In this document: positions 1-8,564 of the stretch, piece after piece
How positions within the stretch are numbered: position 1 is the stretch's first letter
How the letters are laid out: each line of letters starts with the position of its first letter
Virus record (IMG/VR): IMGVR_UViG_3300025718_000163
Location: 1 to 50,433 of that record
Length of the DNA stretch: 50,433 bases
Strand: one strand, 5' to 3'
Source: a virus
Lineage: Duplodnaviria > Caudoviricetes
Translations under genes and position numbers: made by a program
Notes under the pieces: model-generated
What the model saw: the letters and a program-made list of their open reading frames with translations, nothing else
Database searches by the model: none
Told to the model about the DNA's origin: nothing

Positions 1-305
1 TCATCCGCAACCAGCATAAACAGGGCGATCGCCGCCCCAAGCTCTGTCTTGCCTTGCTTTTTAGCAATCTCAACATACGCCGTATTAAACTGACGGTTCC
101 CGTCTTCCTTAACCACACCGAAAATGTTACGAATAATATCCTTTTGCCAATCGAGTAACACAAACGGTTTGTTATGCCACTCACCTTTGGTATGCCTAAG
201 GTTTTCAATAAACGCGATCGCATAATCCGCTTTGGCTTCAACATAATGTGAGGTCGGCTGCATAAACGGGGTTGGAGTAAAGGCTTTCGTGTTTTTTCTA
301 GCCAA
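1..305 (-). CDS. terL: Phage terminase large subunit, 5' part (runs off the window)
   Basis: Manual translation from TTG at 305: MARKNTKAFTPTPFMQPTSHY...HTKGEWHNKPFVLLDWQKDIIRNIFGVVKEDGNRQFNTAYVEIAKKQGKTELGAAIAL. This contains the terminase adenine-binding and Walker A motifs. Not in the ORF track. Confidence 0.92.
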   Translation of the reverse strand, partial: MARKNTKAFTPTPFMQPTSHYVEAKADYAIAFIENLRHTKGEWHNKPFVLLDWQKDIIRNIFGVVKEDGNRQFNTAYVEIAKKQGKTELGAAIALFMLVAD

Positions 306-347
306 AATCTCACCCCGACTCTTTAATTACTTCGAGTAGAAATCCAC

Positions 348-381
348 CAAAAAAGGAACCTCCCAATTTTGAGAAGTCCCT
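348..381 (-). terminator. Intrinsic terminator
   Basis: Minus strand GGGACTTCTC-AAAATT-GGGAGGTTCC followed by a T-run. Confidence 0.7.
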
Positions 382-390
382 TAGCTTTTT

Positions 391-549
391 TTAGTAGCTG
401 TCAATCCACTCCATTGCCTCTTCAAGGCTGTTGCACTCCCATTCGGGTTCGTTGTCCTTGGTAGTTATCCAGTATTTTGAGCTTGCTTCATCTCGCGGCG
501 TAGTCTCCTTGATGAGAAGCCCCTTGTAGCTTTTTATCCGTTTAGCCAT
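391..549 (-). CDS. Small hypothetical phage protein (52 aa)
   Basis: Manual translation MAKRIKSYKGLLIKETTPRDEASSKYWITTKDNEPEWECNSLEEAMEWIDSY*. The start overlaps the end of the upstream gene. Confidence 0.7.
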   Translation of the reverse strand: MAKRIKSYKGLLIKETTPRDEASSKYWITTKDNEPEWECNSLEEAMEWIDSY

Positions 550-733
550 TCGCCTTCGCCGCCTCTCTCAGTTTATCCTCAAGTCTCATGACTTTCTTGG
601 CTAGGCTCATGCTACGGTTTTGGGCTGACTTCAGTTGGGAGTAGTGCCCAGCCTCCGCGAGTTGCTTAACCTCAATTCCTACTATTTGGTACATTCCCCG
701 GGCTTCTTCAAGTTTTTTTATCAGCTTGTCCAT
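542..733 (-). CDS. Small hypothetical protein (MDKLIKKLEE...)
   Basis: ORF track; AGGAGG RBS upstream of the ATG at 733. Confidence 0.7.
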   Translation of the reverse strand: MDKLIKKLEEARGMYQIVGIEVKQLAEAGHYSQLKSAQNRSMSLAKKVMRLEDKLREAAKANG

Positions 734-766
734 GCCTTCTGCCTCCTGAGCGTTTTTTCCGTAGCA

Positions 767-798
767 CATTAATCACTCTAAACGCACAGGATAGCAAG
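767..798 (-). promoter_or_regulatory. Conserved cassette promoter, copy 1 (TTGCTA...AGAGTGATTAATG)
   Basis: One of four copies with identical spacing, each upstream of an RBS and gene. Confidence 0.7.
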
Positions 799-910
799 TG
801 AATTCTGTTCATCAAATATACGCCCTTCACGTTTGCCAGGTGGAGTGTTTGCCTCTGCTAGGATGGGTCATCCTCACACAGGGCAACGTCGCGCGGCACT
901 TGGGCGATGA

Positions 911-941
911 ATAAGGGAACCTCTTTTGAAGGCTCCCCTTT
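911..941 (-). terminator. Intrinsic terminator
   Basis: Minus strand GGGGAGCCTTC-AAAA-GAGGTTCCC then TTATT, just after the 953 stop. Confidence 0.6.
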
Positions 942-952
942 GTGCTTCTTTC

Positions 953-1552
953 TTAAAAAGGATACCGTTTCCCGGTAAACAGACCTAAGTAATTATAATT
1001 TCCACCTTTCACTTGCTCCAGTTCGGCTTCAGACGCTTCCTGGTAGCGAGGATGTTCCTTCTCCCGTTCAATGCAGTCCATACATAAAACGTCCTCATTC
1101 ATCCGCGACATCGTTCGTGGGCCAATCGCGCCACCGCATCTTGAACATTTCTCCTTGGATAGAAATCCGTCCTTCATTAGCCCTTCACCCCAGGTTGTGA
1201 TTTGAGACGGGTTGGCATAATGCCGATCACGCGTCTTCGAGTTTAATTCGCCACACTCCCCAACTGTTACTGGGGTAAAGTGCAGATCCCTTTCTATGCC
1301 AGGGATACCGTTCAATTTGATGGTTAGCAGTTCCTCAAGTGTGAAGTAGCCCCACTCTTTTTCGTGTCCATCTACCAACCCATAAAAAAGGTAATTACCA
1401 TCTTCTTGGCGTTGCCCCTCGACCACATACCAAGTCCAGTCACTCCCCAAGGCAAAGAATTTGCAGACGATTGTTTTATCCTGGGTATCGACTTCCTCTG
1501 TGCTGTAAAGTGCTGGTATCGCGCGCTCGATTTCTTTTGTTAGTAACTTCAT
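953..1552 (-). CDS. DUF2958-like domain fused to a CxxC..CxxC zinc-finger domain
   Basis: N-terminal KFF..SDWTWY..LFYGLVDG..EWGYFTLEEL..IERDLHF; C-terminal CSRCGG..CMDC..GNYNY; RBS AGAGGAGG before the ATG at 1552. Confidence 0.75.
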   Translation of the reverse strand: MKLLTKEIERAIPALYSTEEVDTQDKTIVCKFFALGSDWTWYVVEGQRQEDGNYLFYGLVDGHEKEWGYFTLEELLTIKLNGIPGIERDLHFTPVTVGECGELNSKTRDRHYANPSQITTWGEGLMKDGFLSKEKCSRCGGAIGPRTMSRMNEDVLCMDCIEREKEHPRYQEASEAELEQVKGGNYNYLGLFTGKRYPF

Positions 1553-1588
1553 TGTGATATTTCCTCCTCTTGTGTGATTTTCGCATGT

Positions 1589-1620
1589 CATTAATCACTC
1601 TGAATGGAGAAGAAATCAAG
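1589..1620 (-). promoter_or_regulatory. Conserved cassette promoter, copy 2
   Basis: TTGATT...AGAGTGATTAATG with the same spacing as the other copies. Confidence 0.7.
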
Positions 1621-1821
1621 TTAATTTTGTTCGGAACACGACAGGAAAAGTTTGCCTATATGAGTTTTTTGGGGGGTCTTATGCCTAGATCCATCGGGTC
1701 CTTGCGCCCCGGTATTCTACGACTGCCGGAGTATGAACAACTTACCCCAACGGAAATATCAGTCGCGACACAAGCGCACGTAACGCCACGTAAGGGCAAT
1801 ACCCGACTCATTCTTAGTAAT

Positions 1822-1852
1822 CAAAAAGGAACCCCTTTCGAAGTCCCTCCCA
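1822..1852 (-). terminator. Intrinsic terminator
   Basis: Minus strand GAGGGACTTC-GAAA-GGGGTTCCTT followed by a T-run. Confidence 0.7.
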
Positions 1853-1862
1853 GTTTGTGATC

Positions 1863-2054
1863 TTATTTGCTTTTCTCGTAAAGTATTCTGAAATGGCCTT
1901 CCTTGACCAGACCCTCAAGCTCGTCAAGGTCATATATCAGTACCTGGTCGTCTTGCTCGCTCACCGGCATGAGTACTAGGCTCTTATCCCATCTTCCAAC
2001 GATCTGGTAAATGTGGTTGCTGCCTTTCTCTATTAAAGATTGTCCTTTTTTCAT
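1863..2054 (-). CDS. Small hypothetical protein (63 aa)
   Basis: ORF with AGGAGG RBS, its own promoter motif and terminator. Confidence 0.75.
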   Translation of the reverse strand: MKKGQSLIEKGSNHIYQIVGRWDKSLVLMPVSEQDDQVLIYDLDELEGLVKEGHFRILYEKSK

Positions 2055-2082
2055 GACTGTAGCCTCCTTCGTTTTCGTACTA

Positions 2083-2114
2083 CATTAATCACTCTAGAGG
2101 CAAAGGATTGCAAG
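2083..2114 (-). promoter_or_regulatory. Conserved cassette promoter, copy 3
   Basis: TTGCAA...AGAGTGATTAATG. Confidence 0.7.
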
Positions 2115-2174
2115 TTATATCTTTTTTGGTCTTTCGTATGTGGCAGCCTTGAACACCTGGCCCAGCACAAGGCC

Positions 2175-2975
2175 TTAAGCTTTTCGTTTCGCTTCGGCGG
2201 CTTGTTGGGCTTCAATCGTGCGGTAGGCAGCATTCCCATCGAGTTTGCTAAGGAGAATCTTTCGCGCTGCCTTATATTCCGCGCCGATAAATCCCAACTT
2301 CAAGAGGAAGCAGCGGAAGGCGTAACAGTCATTGGTTGCTTCCTTCTGCTTAGTTGAACTAAACTTTTGTCTTATAGCTTGCTCGTTTAATTGGATGCAA
2401 AATATACCGAATGCGTCGACCTCTTCGGCATCCAGACTGGCGTTGAAGAAGCTAAAGGAAATACTCTTGTCAACCAAATCGATATCCAGATCGCTATACC
2501 CTGTGATCTCCCCGGCTTCGATAGCGTTGTTTACGACGCTGACAAAGTCTTCAAGCGAATCTATAGGAACTGTATTGATGCCCTTAACAAAGCTCGCGGG
2601 GAGTATGGCATACCGCACAAGTGCTTTTTGTATGAGTGCCTGCTTGCTCCATATGAGATTCACAAGGTTTCTTAGGCTGTTACCATCGTGTCCTTTCATG
2701 GAAAGGGTTACAGTTAAATTACCCTCTGCCTTTGCTCCTGCAACGTTTAGCGCATCAAGCACCCTCCTCAAAGTCACCTGCTCATCTTGAAATCCCGTTT
2801 CTGGCGTTGTAACAATACCCTGTTTATCAATTGTCCATCCACCAACGTTGTAGTTAAAACTTGGGGCCCCTGCATATTTAGCTTGTAATCTGATTGTATC
2901 TGCAATCACTGAGGTTACCTGTTTTCGTTCCAGTTGGGTTACTTTGAAGGTGAATCTTATGTTATCGTTTTCCAT
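2175..2975 (-). CDS. Prophage 'virulence-related' hypothetical protein
   Basis: YAGAPSFNY and YAFRCFLLKLGFIG.EYK.ARK.LL..LDGN motifs typical of this clostridial prophage family. Confidence 0.8.
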   Translation of the reverse strand: MENDNIRFTFKVTQLERKQVTSVIADTIRLQAKYAGAPSFNYNVGGWTIDKQGIVTTPETGFQDEQVTLRRVLDALNVAGAKAEGNLTVTLSMKGHDGNSLRNLVNLIWSKQALIQKALVRYAILPASFVKGINTVPIDSLEDFVSVVNNAIEAGEITGYSDLDIDLVDKSISFSFFNASLDAEEVDAFGIFCIQLNEQAIRQKFSSTKQKEATNDCYAFRCFLLKLGFIGAEYKAARKILLSKLDGNAAYRTIEAQQAAEAKRKA

Positions 2976-3017
2976 GGTGTATTCCTGCCTTCCCTTTTAC
3001 CCCTTCGAGGGTGTACA

Positions 3018-3049
3018 CATTCATCACTCTGTGCGCCGGGAAAGTCAAG
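3018..3049 (-). promoter_or_regulatory. Conserved cassette promoter, copy 4
   Basis: TTGACT...AGAGTGATGAATG. Confidence 0.7.
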
Positions 3050-3052
3050 ACT

Positions 3053-4312
3053 TTAATGTGCGTCTTGGTAGGACACCTTTTCACCGTTTCGAATTAAAAA
3101 AACACCAGTATCACTACCAGTGTTCTCAATGTATCTCTTCACAATGACGTCAGCGTATTTTTCGTCTAGCTCCATCATATTGCAAACCCTTTCAGTTTGC
3201 TCTGCAGCGAGGATTGTTGTTCCTGAGCCGCCAAACAGATCGAGTACCAAATCACCCTTATGGCTAGAATTGACGATGGTCCTTGCTACCAGTTCGATGG
3301 GTTTCATCGTCGGATGTTGTTCACTGCGTTTCGGCCTCGGTATGTCAAACACGTCGCTTTGTTTTCTGTCCACCAAAGGACAGATTCTGCTGCTACCTTC
3401 TAGCCATCCATACCATATGGGTTCGTATTGGGTGTGATAATCTTTTCGGGAAAGCACCAGAGAATCCTTCTTCCAGATAATTGTACTTGACCAATGATAG
3501 CCTGCTTCGCGTATGGCATCCATGAGACTTCCCCATTCTTGGGCGCTCATCACGACATATGTCATACAACCCGGCTCGCTTACCGCACTCATAGTCGTGA
3601 ATACTTTCAGCATGAAATCCTTGAAATCTTCTGTGCTCATCTTGTCATTGAGAATTTGCCGACCCGGCTTCCAGCTTGGATGGCTACTCCCACCGTAGTC
3701 AACATTCCAAGGCGGATCTGTAAATACTTGCCGAGCTTTTTTCCCGTCCATCAGTACCTTGACCTCATCTTGAGAAGTGCTGTCCCCACACATTAAACGA
3801 TGTTTGCCAAGCAGCCATATATCCCCGCGCTGACTTATAGGCGTTTCGATTTCCGCTAGAGCCGCATCAGTGTCAAATTCATCCTCTATGACATCTTTAG
3901 ACCCATCATTGTCATTACCAAACAACTCATGAATCTCCGCTGCTTCAAAACCCGTTAGAGAAACATCGAAGCCATTGTCGCCGAGGTCTTTTAACAAGTC
4001 CGTGAGAAGCGGCATATCCCAATCACCCGATACTTTGTTGAGCGCAATATTCAAAGCTTTCTCACGCTGCTCGTCCATATCCACAACCACGCAGTCTATT
4101 TTCTTTGCTCCGAACTCAGTCAAAATTTTATATCTCTGATGCCCGCCTACGATGTTGCCGGTTTGCTTGTTCCATATGACGGGCTCGACATAACCGAACT
4201 GCTCCATACTTTTACGAAGCTTTTCATACTCTGCATCACCGGGCTTTAGGTCTTTACGGGGATTATATCTTGCAGCCTTTAATTGATTGATGGGTATTTT
4301 CTGGATGTCCAT
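3053..4312 (-). CDS. ParB-like N-terminal domain + N6A/N4C DNA methyltransferase (beta order)
   Basis: YNPR..IVGGHQR (ParB-like); DPPW catalytic motif, HPTMKP, and DLFGGSGT SAM-binding motif. Confidence 0.92.
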   Translation of the reverse strand: MDIQKIPINQLKAARYNPRKDLKPGDAEYEKLRKSMEQFGYVEPVIWNKQTGNIVGGHQRYKILTEFGAKKIDCVVVDMDEQREKALNIALNKVSGDWDMPLLTDLLKDLGDNGFDVSLTGFEAAEIHELFGNDNDGSKDVIEDEFDTDAALAEIETPISQRGDIWLLGKHRLMCGDSTSQDEVKVLMDGKKARQVFTDPPWNVDYGGSSHPSWKPGRQILNDKMSTEDFKDFMLKVFTTMSAVSEPGCMTYVVMSAQEWGSLMDAIREAGYHWSSTIIWKKDSLVLSRKDYHTQYEPIWYGWLEGSSRICPLVDRKQSDVFDIPRPKRSEQHPTMKPIELVARTIVNSSHKGDLVLDLFGGSGTTILAAEQTERVCNMMELDEKYADVIVKRYIENTGSDTGVFLIRNGEKVSYQDAH

Positions 4313-4487
4313 TGTTTCCCTCCCATAATTAAAACACGCTAGTTAAAGCGTGTCTATAGGTATAATCCGTAAAGTAGCTTCTGGTATTTTCGCCTGTGAG
4401 CTCGATCTATCATCCACGCCCAACACTTACCCTGCTCTTAAACGCTATCGCGACACAGGCCAGCGTAAAGCGACTCCGGGGGTTTGT

Positions 4488-5030
4488 TTATTTAGCTTTT
4501 CTTGCTGTAAGTAAATGTTCCATTGCATCCTCATGAGGATTTGCTCCCGCATAATTTTGAGTGTTGTTGTCCTGCACCACTTGGTAGATCTGATACCAAA
4601 TACTGTTTGCCTGCTTCATAAAGCTCTGCGACATGGCAACAAAGGGTGAAGGCATGGCGTTTCCAGTGGTTGGATGCCTAGCCAGAAATCCGAATTCGGT
4701 GATACTCTCTTCGCACTGAATCCAGCGTGATACCGCCATGGCATATTGTTCTAATAGCTGAGGATTGAGCAGGTGAGAACACTTACGTTCCTTAAGCCAA
4801 TCCCAGGTTTTCTCATATATTTCTACAGCATAGGAGTCTTTTCCGCCCTTCTGCCTTGCCGAAAGATAGTCTCTTGGTGGCGGCATCTCTTGTCCCGTCA
4901 AATCAGATGCGCCATCAAATTCCACAATGGTCAGTTTCCTTTTTCCAGGGTTGCCTTCAAGAATCTTCTCAGCAATGGGTTTTTTCTTACCGCCCGCACC
5001 GACACGAGCACCCCCGTGTCCGTTTGCCAT
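4488..5030 (-). CDS. terS: Phage terminase small subunit, P27 family
   Basis: GGARVGAG.KKKP..KILEGNPGKRKL; located between HNH and terL. Confidence 0.85.
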   Translation of the reverse strand: MANGHGGARVGAGGKKKPIAEKILEGNPGKRKLTIVEFDGASDLTGQEMPPPRDYLSARQKGGKDSYAVEIYEKTWDWLKERKCSHLLNPQLLEQYAMAVSRWIQCEESITEFGFLARHPTTGNAMPSPFVAMSQSFMKQANSIWYQIYQVVQDNNTQNYAGANPHEDAMEHLLTARKAK

Positions 5031-5059
5031 TAACTCACCTCGTCTATTCAACTTGAAAC

Positions 5060-5200
5060 TTGCCTATACCCTTTCTTGAACCTGCGAAATCTCACGCGTA
5101 ACCCTTCATCCGGTGTTTTTTGGTAAGGTTGGGACTATTTAGGCCGCCCCCACCCTAGTTATCCACAGTTATTTAAACTTATCCACTTTTTATACACAAT
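5060..5200 (-). other. Probable cos/packaging site region
   Basis: Non-coding gap between HNH and terS with a G-run (GGGTGGGGGGCGG) followed by ACCGG...ACGCGTGAGATTTCGC. This is the usual cos position in HNH/P27 phages. Confidence 0.5.
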
Positions 5201-5201
5201 C

Positions 5202-5558
5202 TTATCCCCAACGTCCATCCTCACGAGCAGTCTTTGTATCATGACATGATTTACAAAGGCTTTGCCAATTGCTCTCATCCCAGAACAATGCCTGATCCCC
5301 TTTGTGGGGTTTGATATGATCAACCACATTAGCTGGCGTGAGTTTGCCTACGTGTTCACACAATACGCACAGCGGATGTTCAGCGAGATAACGCCAACGG
5401 ACTTTCACCCAGCGGTAGTCATATCCTCGACTGGCTGCCGAACCACGCCTGCGGTCGTATTCCTTTGTCACTTGTTTTAGATGCATGTTGCAATATTGCT
5501 CGGATGTTAATTCCGGACAACCTGCGTGTGAGCATGGACGCTTTGGTTTGGTTGGCAT
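5202..5558 (-). CDS. Packaging-associated HNH endonuclease
   Basis: CVLC..VVDHIKPHKGD..FWDESNWQSLCKSCH. Confidence 0.92.
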   Translation of the reverse strand: MPTKPKRPCSHAGCPELTSEQYCNMHLKQVTKEYDRRRGSAASRGYDYRWVKVRWRYLAEHPLCVLCEHVGKLTPANVVDHIKPHKGDQALFWDESNWQSLCKSCHDTKTAREDGRWG

Positions 5559-5619
5559 CAGCACATCACCTTTCCGCTACCTACGTTTCTTGCGCCAGTG
5601 CCCGCAGTCATATAGGTTG

Positions 5620-5805
5620 TCAAATGTCGCATATCCCCTCGTTGCCTCTCATCATTTGGTCATAGGCTTTAAATTCTTCTGAGTCTTCGTACATTTCCAG
5701 TAGTAGTTGTTTGTCTTTGCACCGCTTTCCGTCCCAACGCTTACAGTTAGTACAGACTTTTGCCCATCCTGCTTTAACGGGTGCAAATAATACGCATCGA
5801 ACCAT
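5620..5805 (-). CDS. Small Cys-rich hypothetical protein
   Basis: ORF track; CTNC motif; weak RBS. Confidence 0.5.
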   Translation of the reverse strand: MVRCVLFAPVKAGWAKVCTNCKRWDGKRCKDKQLLLEMYEDSEEFKAYDQMMRGNEGICDI

Positions 5806-5965
5806 AATTCATCCCTACCCTTATCAAATATAAAAGCCGCCATAAATGGCAGCCATGTTTTAAAAAGAATGCGACCGGATCCGCTCTATAGTGAGAGGAG
5901 CTCGATCAATATAAAAAGACCCCTGGACGAGCTGTCCAAGAGCCTCTATATACTTTTCGCATCTT

Positions 5966-6060
5966 TACTATATCACCCAAAAACGGATGTGACAATACTC
6001 ATTTAAGTGCCAATTTGATGCCAAAATTGTACCAATTTAGAGCCAATTTACTGCCATTTA
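5966..6060 (-). promoter_or_regulatory. Late promoter with five direct repeats at 11-bp period
   Basis: CCAATTT-like units at 6010, 6021, 6032, 6043 and 6054; extended -10 TGATATAGT downstream on the minus strand. Confidence 0.65.
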
Positions 6061-6543
6061 CAAATTTACCATTCCGTATTCAAGCATCTTAGTAATATCC
6101 ACGACTGCTTTTTTGCGGTATCTGACCAGAGTAGTCCGCGAGATGTTGTGTTTAGCCTGTATCTCATTCCAAGGCATCTTCATGATGACCATATCAGTTA
6201 TGATTTCCGAGAGCTTCGGCTCTAGCAAGGTGATGCAGTGCTCGAAAACATCCAACTCTCGCTTTTGCGCTTGGTATGTTTTTACCATCGACCTCAAAAG
6301 CTCCATACCCTCACTGTCAGCAATGTTCTTGTACATAAGGGCAATCCTCCCCGATTTATCTGAAATATTACTATTCTGAACGTATTCACCGTCAGGACTG
6401 GAAAAGGTTAATGCCGCAATGACCTCGTCATCACCTAACCCAGAAAAATTCGATATCTGAAACTGTCGCACACAAAGGTTCTGTTTAATTTCACGATGGC
6501 CTTTGAATAGTTGCTTTACCCGCTCTTTCGTATCCATTTTCAT
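6058..6543 (-). CDS. RinA/ArpU-like (DUF1492) late transcriptional activator
   Basis: C-terminal HTH (MPWNEIQAKHNISRTTLVRYRKKA); last gene before the packaging module. Confidence 0.7.
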   Translation of the reverse strand: MKMDTKERVKQLFKGHREIKQNLCVRQFQISNFSGLGDDEVIAALTFSSPDGEYVQNSNISDKSGRIALMYKNIADSEGMELLRSMVKTYQAQKRELDVFEHCITLLEPKLSEIITDMVIMKMPWNEIQAKHNISRTTLVRYRKKAVVDITKMLEYGMVNL

Positions 6544-6549
6544 TCTCCT

Positions 6550-6924
6550 TTACGAATGGACTTTTTCCCTTTTTATCTGCCAATTACATAAATCACTGTT
6601 GCATGTTTCGCAAGGATCACTTTCCTGTTTAAGGCGTTCGGCAGACGTCATGACCGCAAACAAGCAGCGCCTGCATACATCCATGCTTGTCCAACTATTC
6701 ATCGACATAATAAACTTTATTGCCATGGCACCCACTTGCGTGGCCTCTTCCAGCATACGTTCTTTGCTAGGATGTTTTTTCTTAACCTCATCCCAAAGCT
6801 CGTCGAGCTCTTCCAAAAGCACAGCGTATCCTTCGTGTGGGGATGTAAAAGTTGCTCCGTGAATTCTATTCGCTCGTTCAAGCTCATCGATCAGGCAGGA
6901 TGCAATCATTGTTTTCATGTTCAA
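6550..6924 (-). CDS. Hypothetical phage protein (MazG-like EGYAVLLEELDELWDEVK motif)
   Basis: ORF track; EExxE..EE..Q pattern. Confidence 0.6.
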   Translation of the reverse strand: MNMKTMIASCLIDELERANRIHGATFTSPHEGYAVLLEELDELWDEVKKKHPSKERMLEEATQVGAMAIKFIMSMNSWTSMDVCRRCLFAVMTSAERLKQESDPCETCNSDLCNWQIKREKVHS

Positions 6925-8275
6925 TCCTCGCTTTCACCGCATCAATCAGTGCCATTTGCCCAACTTCTTTTCGACTCAGTGCCAGTATGACCTGTTCATC
7001 AATCGTTCCGGTGGTAACTATATGATGAACGATGACGGCTTGGTTTTGGCCTTGACGGTATAATCGTCCATTAGCTTGTAGGTAGAGCTCCAAACTCCAA
7101 GTAAGTCCAAACCAGATGATGATGTTCCCACCAGCTTGTAAATTCAAGCCATGCCCTGTCGAAGCCGGGTGTGCTAGGACGACATCAAGTTTCCCATCGT
7201 TCCAGTCCGTAATATCTTGTGAGGTGTTCAGCTCTCTCGGATTAATTTTACGGGCCTTGAAGAATTCATAGAGCTTGTCCTTATCGTGCTTGTAAGCATA
7301 AAACACTAGAATAGGTTTACCATTCGCCCCTTCCCACAAATCCTCCAAAGCATCCAATTTGCGACGGTGTATTTGCCGTACTTCGCCGAACTCATCGTAG
7401 ACTGCACCGTTTGCCATTTGCAGCAGTTTGTTCGATAGTGCCGCAGCGTTTACTGCATCGATAGCCCCCTGGACAAAGGGCAGCAGCATGTCTCGTTCGA
7501 GTTGCTTGTACAAGACCGCTTCTTTTGGTGACATTTCTACATGAACATAATTGTCAATCCTCTCAGGCATCTGTAAATAATCACAAGCCTTCATACTCAC
7601 GCAGATATCAGATATTTTTTCATAGATGGCTTTCTCAGCTTCTGGCTTTAATTTGTAACTGAAGATGACAGTTTGGTTTCGTTTATCCGGTATAAAGTAC
7701 CTGTCCTTATAACCACCCATGGTTTTGCCTAATCGTTCCCCTCTGTCCAGCAAATACATCTGTGACCACAGGCCCATGAGTCCATTGGGAGCGGGTGTTG
7801 CAGTCAGTCCCACGATTCGCTCTACGAAGGGTCGGACTTTGCGCAAGGCTTTAAACCGATTGGCCTTAGCTGACTTGAAGCTGGATAACTCGTCGATCAC
7901 CACCATGTCGAAGGGCCAGTTCTTCCCATATCGTTCAACTAACCACTCCGTGTTCTCGCGGTTGATAATATACAGGCCAACTTTTAAATTCAAAGCCTCG
8001 ATCCGCTTCTTTTCAGGCCCCAGTACCTTCGCCATTCGTAAGTGCTTCAGGTGATCCCATTTTTGGCACTCTTTGCTCCAAGTGTCCTCGGCCACCCTCA
8101 GTGGCGCTATGACAAGCACTCGGCTAACTTCAAACCTGTCATGAAGAAGTTCGTCAATGGCGGTCAGGGTTAACACTGTTTTTCCCATTCCCAGGCCCAA
8201 AAAGCATCCGCAGATGGGCTTGTCCAAGACTAGATTTGCCGCATACGTTTGATATCCGTGGGGAACATATTTCAT
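6884..8275 (-). CDS. SNF2-related DEAD/DEAH helicase
   Basis: GMGKT, DELS, TATP, GHGLNLQ and QANGRLYRQGQ motifs. Confidence 0.92.
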   Translation of the reverse strand: MKYVPHGYQTYAANLVLDKPICGCFLGLGMGKTVLTLTAIDELLHDRFEVSRVLVIAPLRVAEDTWSKECQKWDHLKHLRMAKVLGPEKKRIEALNLKVGLYIINRENTEWLVERYGKNWPFDMVVIDELSSFKSAKANRFKALRKVRPFVERIVGLTATPAPNGLMGLWSQMYLLDRGERLGKTMGGYKDRYFIPDKRNQTVIFSYKLKPEAEKAIYEKISDICVSMKACDYLQMPERIDNYVHVEMSPKEAVLYKQLERDMLLPFVQGAIDAVNAAALSNKLLQMANGAVYDEFGEVRQIHRRKLDALEDLWEGANGKPILVFYAYKHDKDKLYEFFKARKINPRELNTSQDITDWNDGKLDVVLAHPASTGHGLNLQAGGNIIIWFGLTWSLELYLQANGRLYRQGQNQAVIVHHIVTTGTIDEQVILALSRKEVGQMALIDAVKARIEHENNDCILPDR

Positions 8276-8537
8276 CCACAAACTCCTTTACCTTTTCCGG
8301 GCTATCAATTATCCGAACCTTATACCCAAGCCTCTTAAGAGTTGCCGCGATTTTCAATTGCTTGAGTGATAGACTTTTGCCCGGAGCCTTTAACTCTACA
8401 AAATATACGCGGCCATCGGGAGCCAGCACAATCCTATCTGGCACTCCTACCATCCCTGGCGAGACAAACTTTAATGCCAGACCACCTTTGATCTTGACTG
8501 CATCCCTTAGTTTTATTTCAATCTGTCGTTCTCGCAT
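8154..8537 (-). CDS. VRR-NUC domain nuclease
   Basis: MRERQIE..GVPDRIVL..FVELKAPG. Confidence 0.88.
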   Translation of the reverse strand: MRERQIEIKLRDAVKIKGGLALKFVSPGMVGVPDRIVLAPDGRVYFVELKAPGKSLSLKQLKIAATLKRLGYKVRIIDSPEKVKEFVDEICSPRISNVCGKSSLGQAHLRMLFGPGNGKNSVNPDRH

Positions 8538-8564
8538 AAAGCACTCCTTTTCAATTTAGTGAAC

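Noticed and set aside
767-3049. Repeats considered as a CRISPR array or integron attC sites
   Set aside because: Spacing of 0.5-0.9 kb, promoter-like architecture, no palindromic attC structure, and no cas or integron integrase in the window
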